Assembly: GCA_964016885.1 (NCBI GenBank)
Contig: CAXHJY010001270.1
Location: 1-56,796 of the forward strand
Direction of reading: 5' to 3'
Length of the DNA: 56,796 nt
Source: Eledone cirrhosa
Lineage: Eukaryota
The notes beneath the pieces are model-generated. The model was not told the origin of the DNA. It was given only the letters and a program-made list of their open reading frames with translations, and searched no databases. Both the position numbers and the translations under genes were made by a program. How positions within the stretch are numbered: position 1 is the stretch's first letter; every line of letters starts with the position of its first letter. Below are positions 56,118-56,796 of the stretch, piece by piece.

Positions 56118-56796
56118 GAATAATTAAGCTGAGATTAGTTGTAGGTAGGAGACTACTGACAATCATCTCGGCTTATGCTCCCCAAGCAGGCCTAGGCAAA
56201 GATGAGAAAGACTGCTTTTATGAGCAACCTTTGCAAACAACCGCAATGACAGAGGACGGAGACATCGTTATGCTAACAGGAGACTTCAATGGTCATGTTG
56301 GACAGCTCCAGGATGATTACACTGGGGTACATGGTGGGCACGGTTACGGTTCAAGAAATGAAGAAGGAGTGAGACTTCTTGAATTTTGTGATGCAGGTAC
56401 ATTGACTATTTGCAACACTAACTTCCAGAAACCTGCCAAACCACCTAATAACCTACAAATCTGGTGAGCACCTAAGCCAGATTGACTTCTTACTAGTTAG
56501 GCAGCGGGACAGGCAGATAGTGTCTAATACCAAGGCATACCCTGGGGAAGAATGTACCCCACAGCATAGGTTAGTTATTAGTGATATCTCAGTAAGCAAG
56601 AGATGGAATGATACATATAGGAAGGTGTGGAGAAGAACGGTCTGGAAGCTAAAAGACCTTTCACTAAAATACAAATTTAGGAAAGCCCTTCAAGATGTAT
56701 ATGACGAAAAAGAAGACGATTTAGAGACGTATGACATAGATAATAACTGGAATTTCTTACGTGACAACTTGCTGCAGACTACTGATGAAACTTGTG
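56117..56796 (+). mobile_element. RTE LINE APE region (further subfamily, frameshifted), running off the window
   Basis: RIIKLRL..ISAYAPQ..GDFNGHVG..LLEFCDA..QIDFLL..PQHRLV. Confidence 0.93.

Overview
Eukaryotic, very AT-rich repeat-dense DNA. The mix of RTE LINEs, tRNA-derived SINEs and (AT)n arrays suggests an octopus/cephalopod genome (inference). About 40% is (AT)n-derived microsatellite, and the long YI-rich ORFs are artefacts of it. The rest is mostly retroelements: about 10 RTE-clade LINE copies (one with a 954-aa APE-RT-Cys/His-finger ORF), Penelope-like elements (PLEs; RT plus C-terminal GIY-YIG with a CxCx5C linker) inserted in (TA)n, SINEs, MITEs, one tRNA-like sequence and one probable host exon. 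The main signal is non-coding RNA structure at PLE 3' ends. (i) Type-I hammerhead ribozyme motifs from about seven unrelated sequence families are present, several with non-canonical cores. (ii) A bulged stem-loop (ACUC-[variable stem-loop]-UN-GAGUNCU) with compensatory changes occurs in the last ~45-100 nt of six or seven otherwise unalignable families. (iii) Inverted or short copies of these elements stop 4-6 nt before this hairpin. All structures were read by eye; none was folded or searched computationally.
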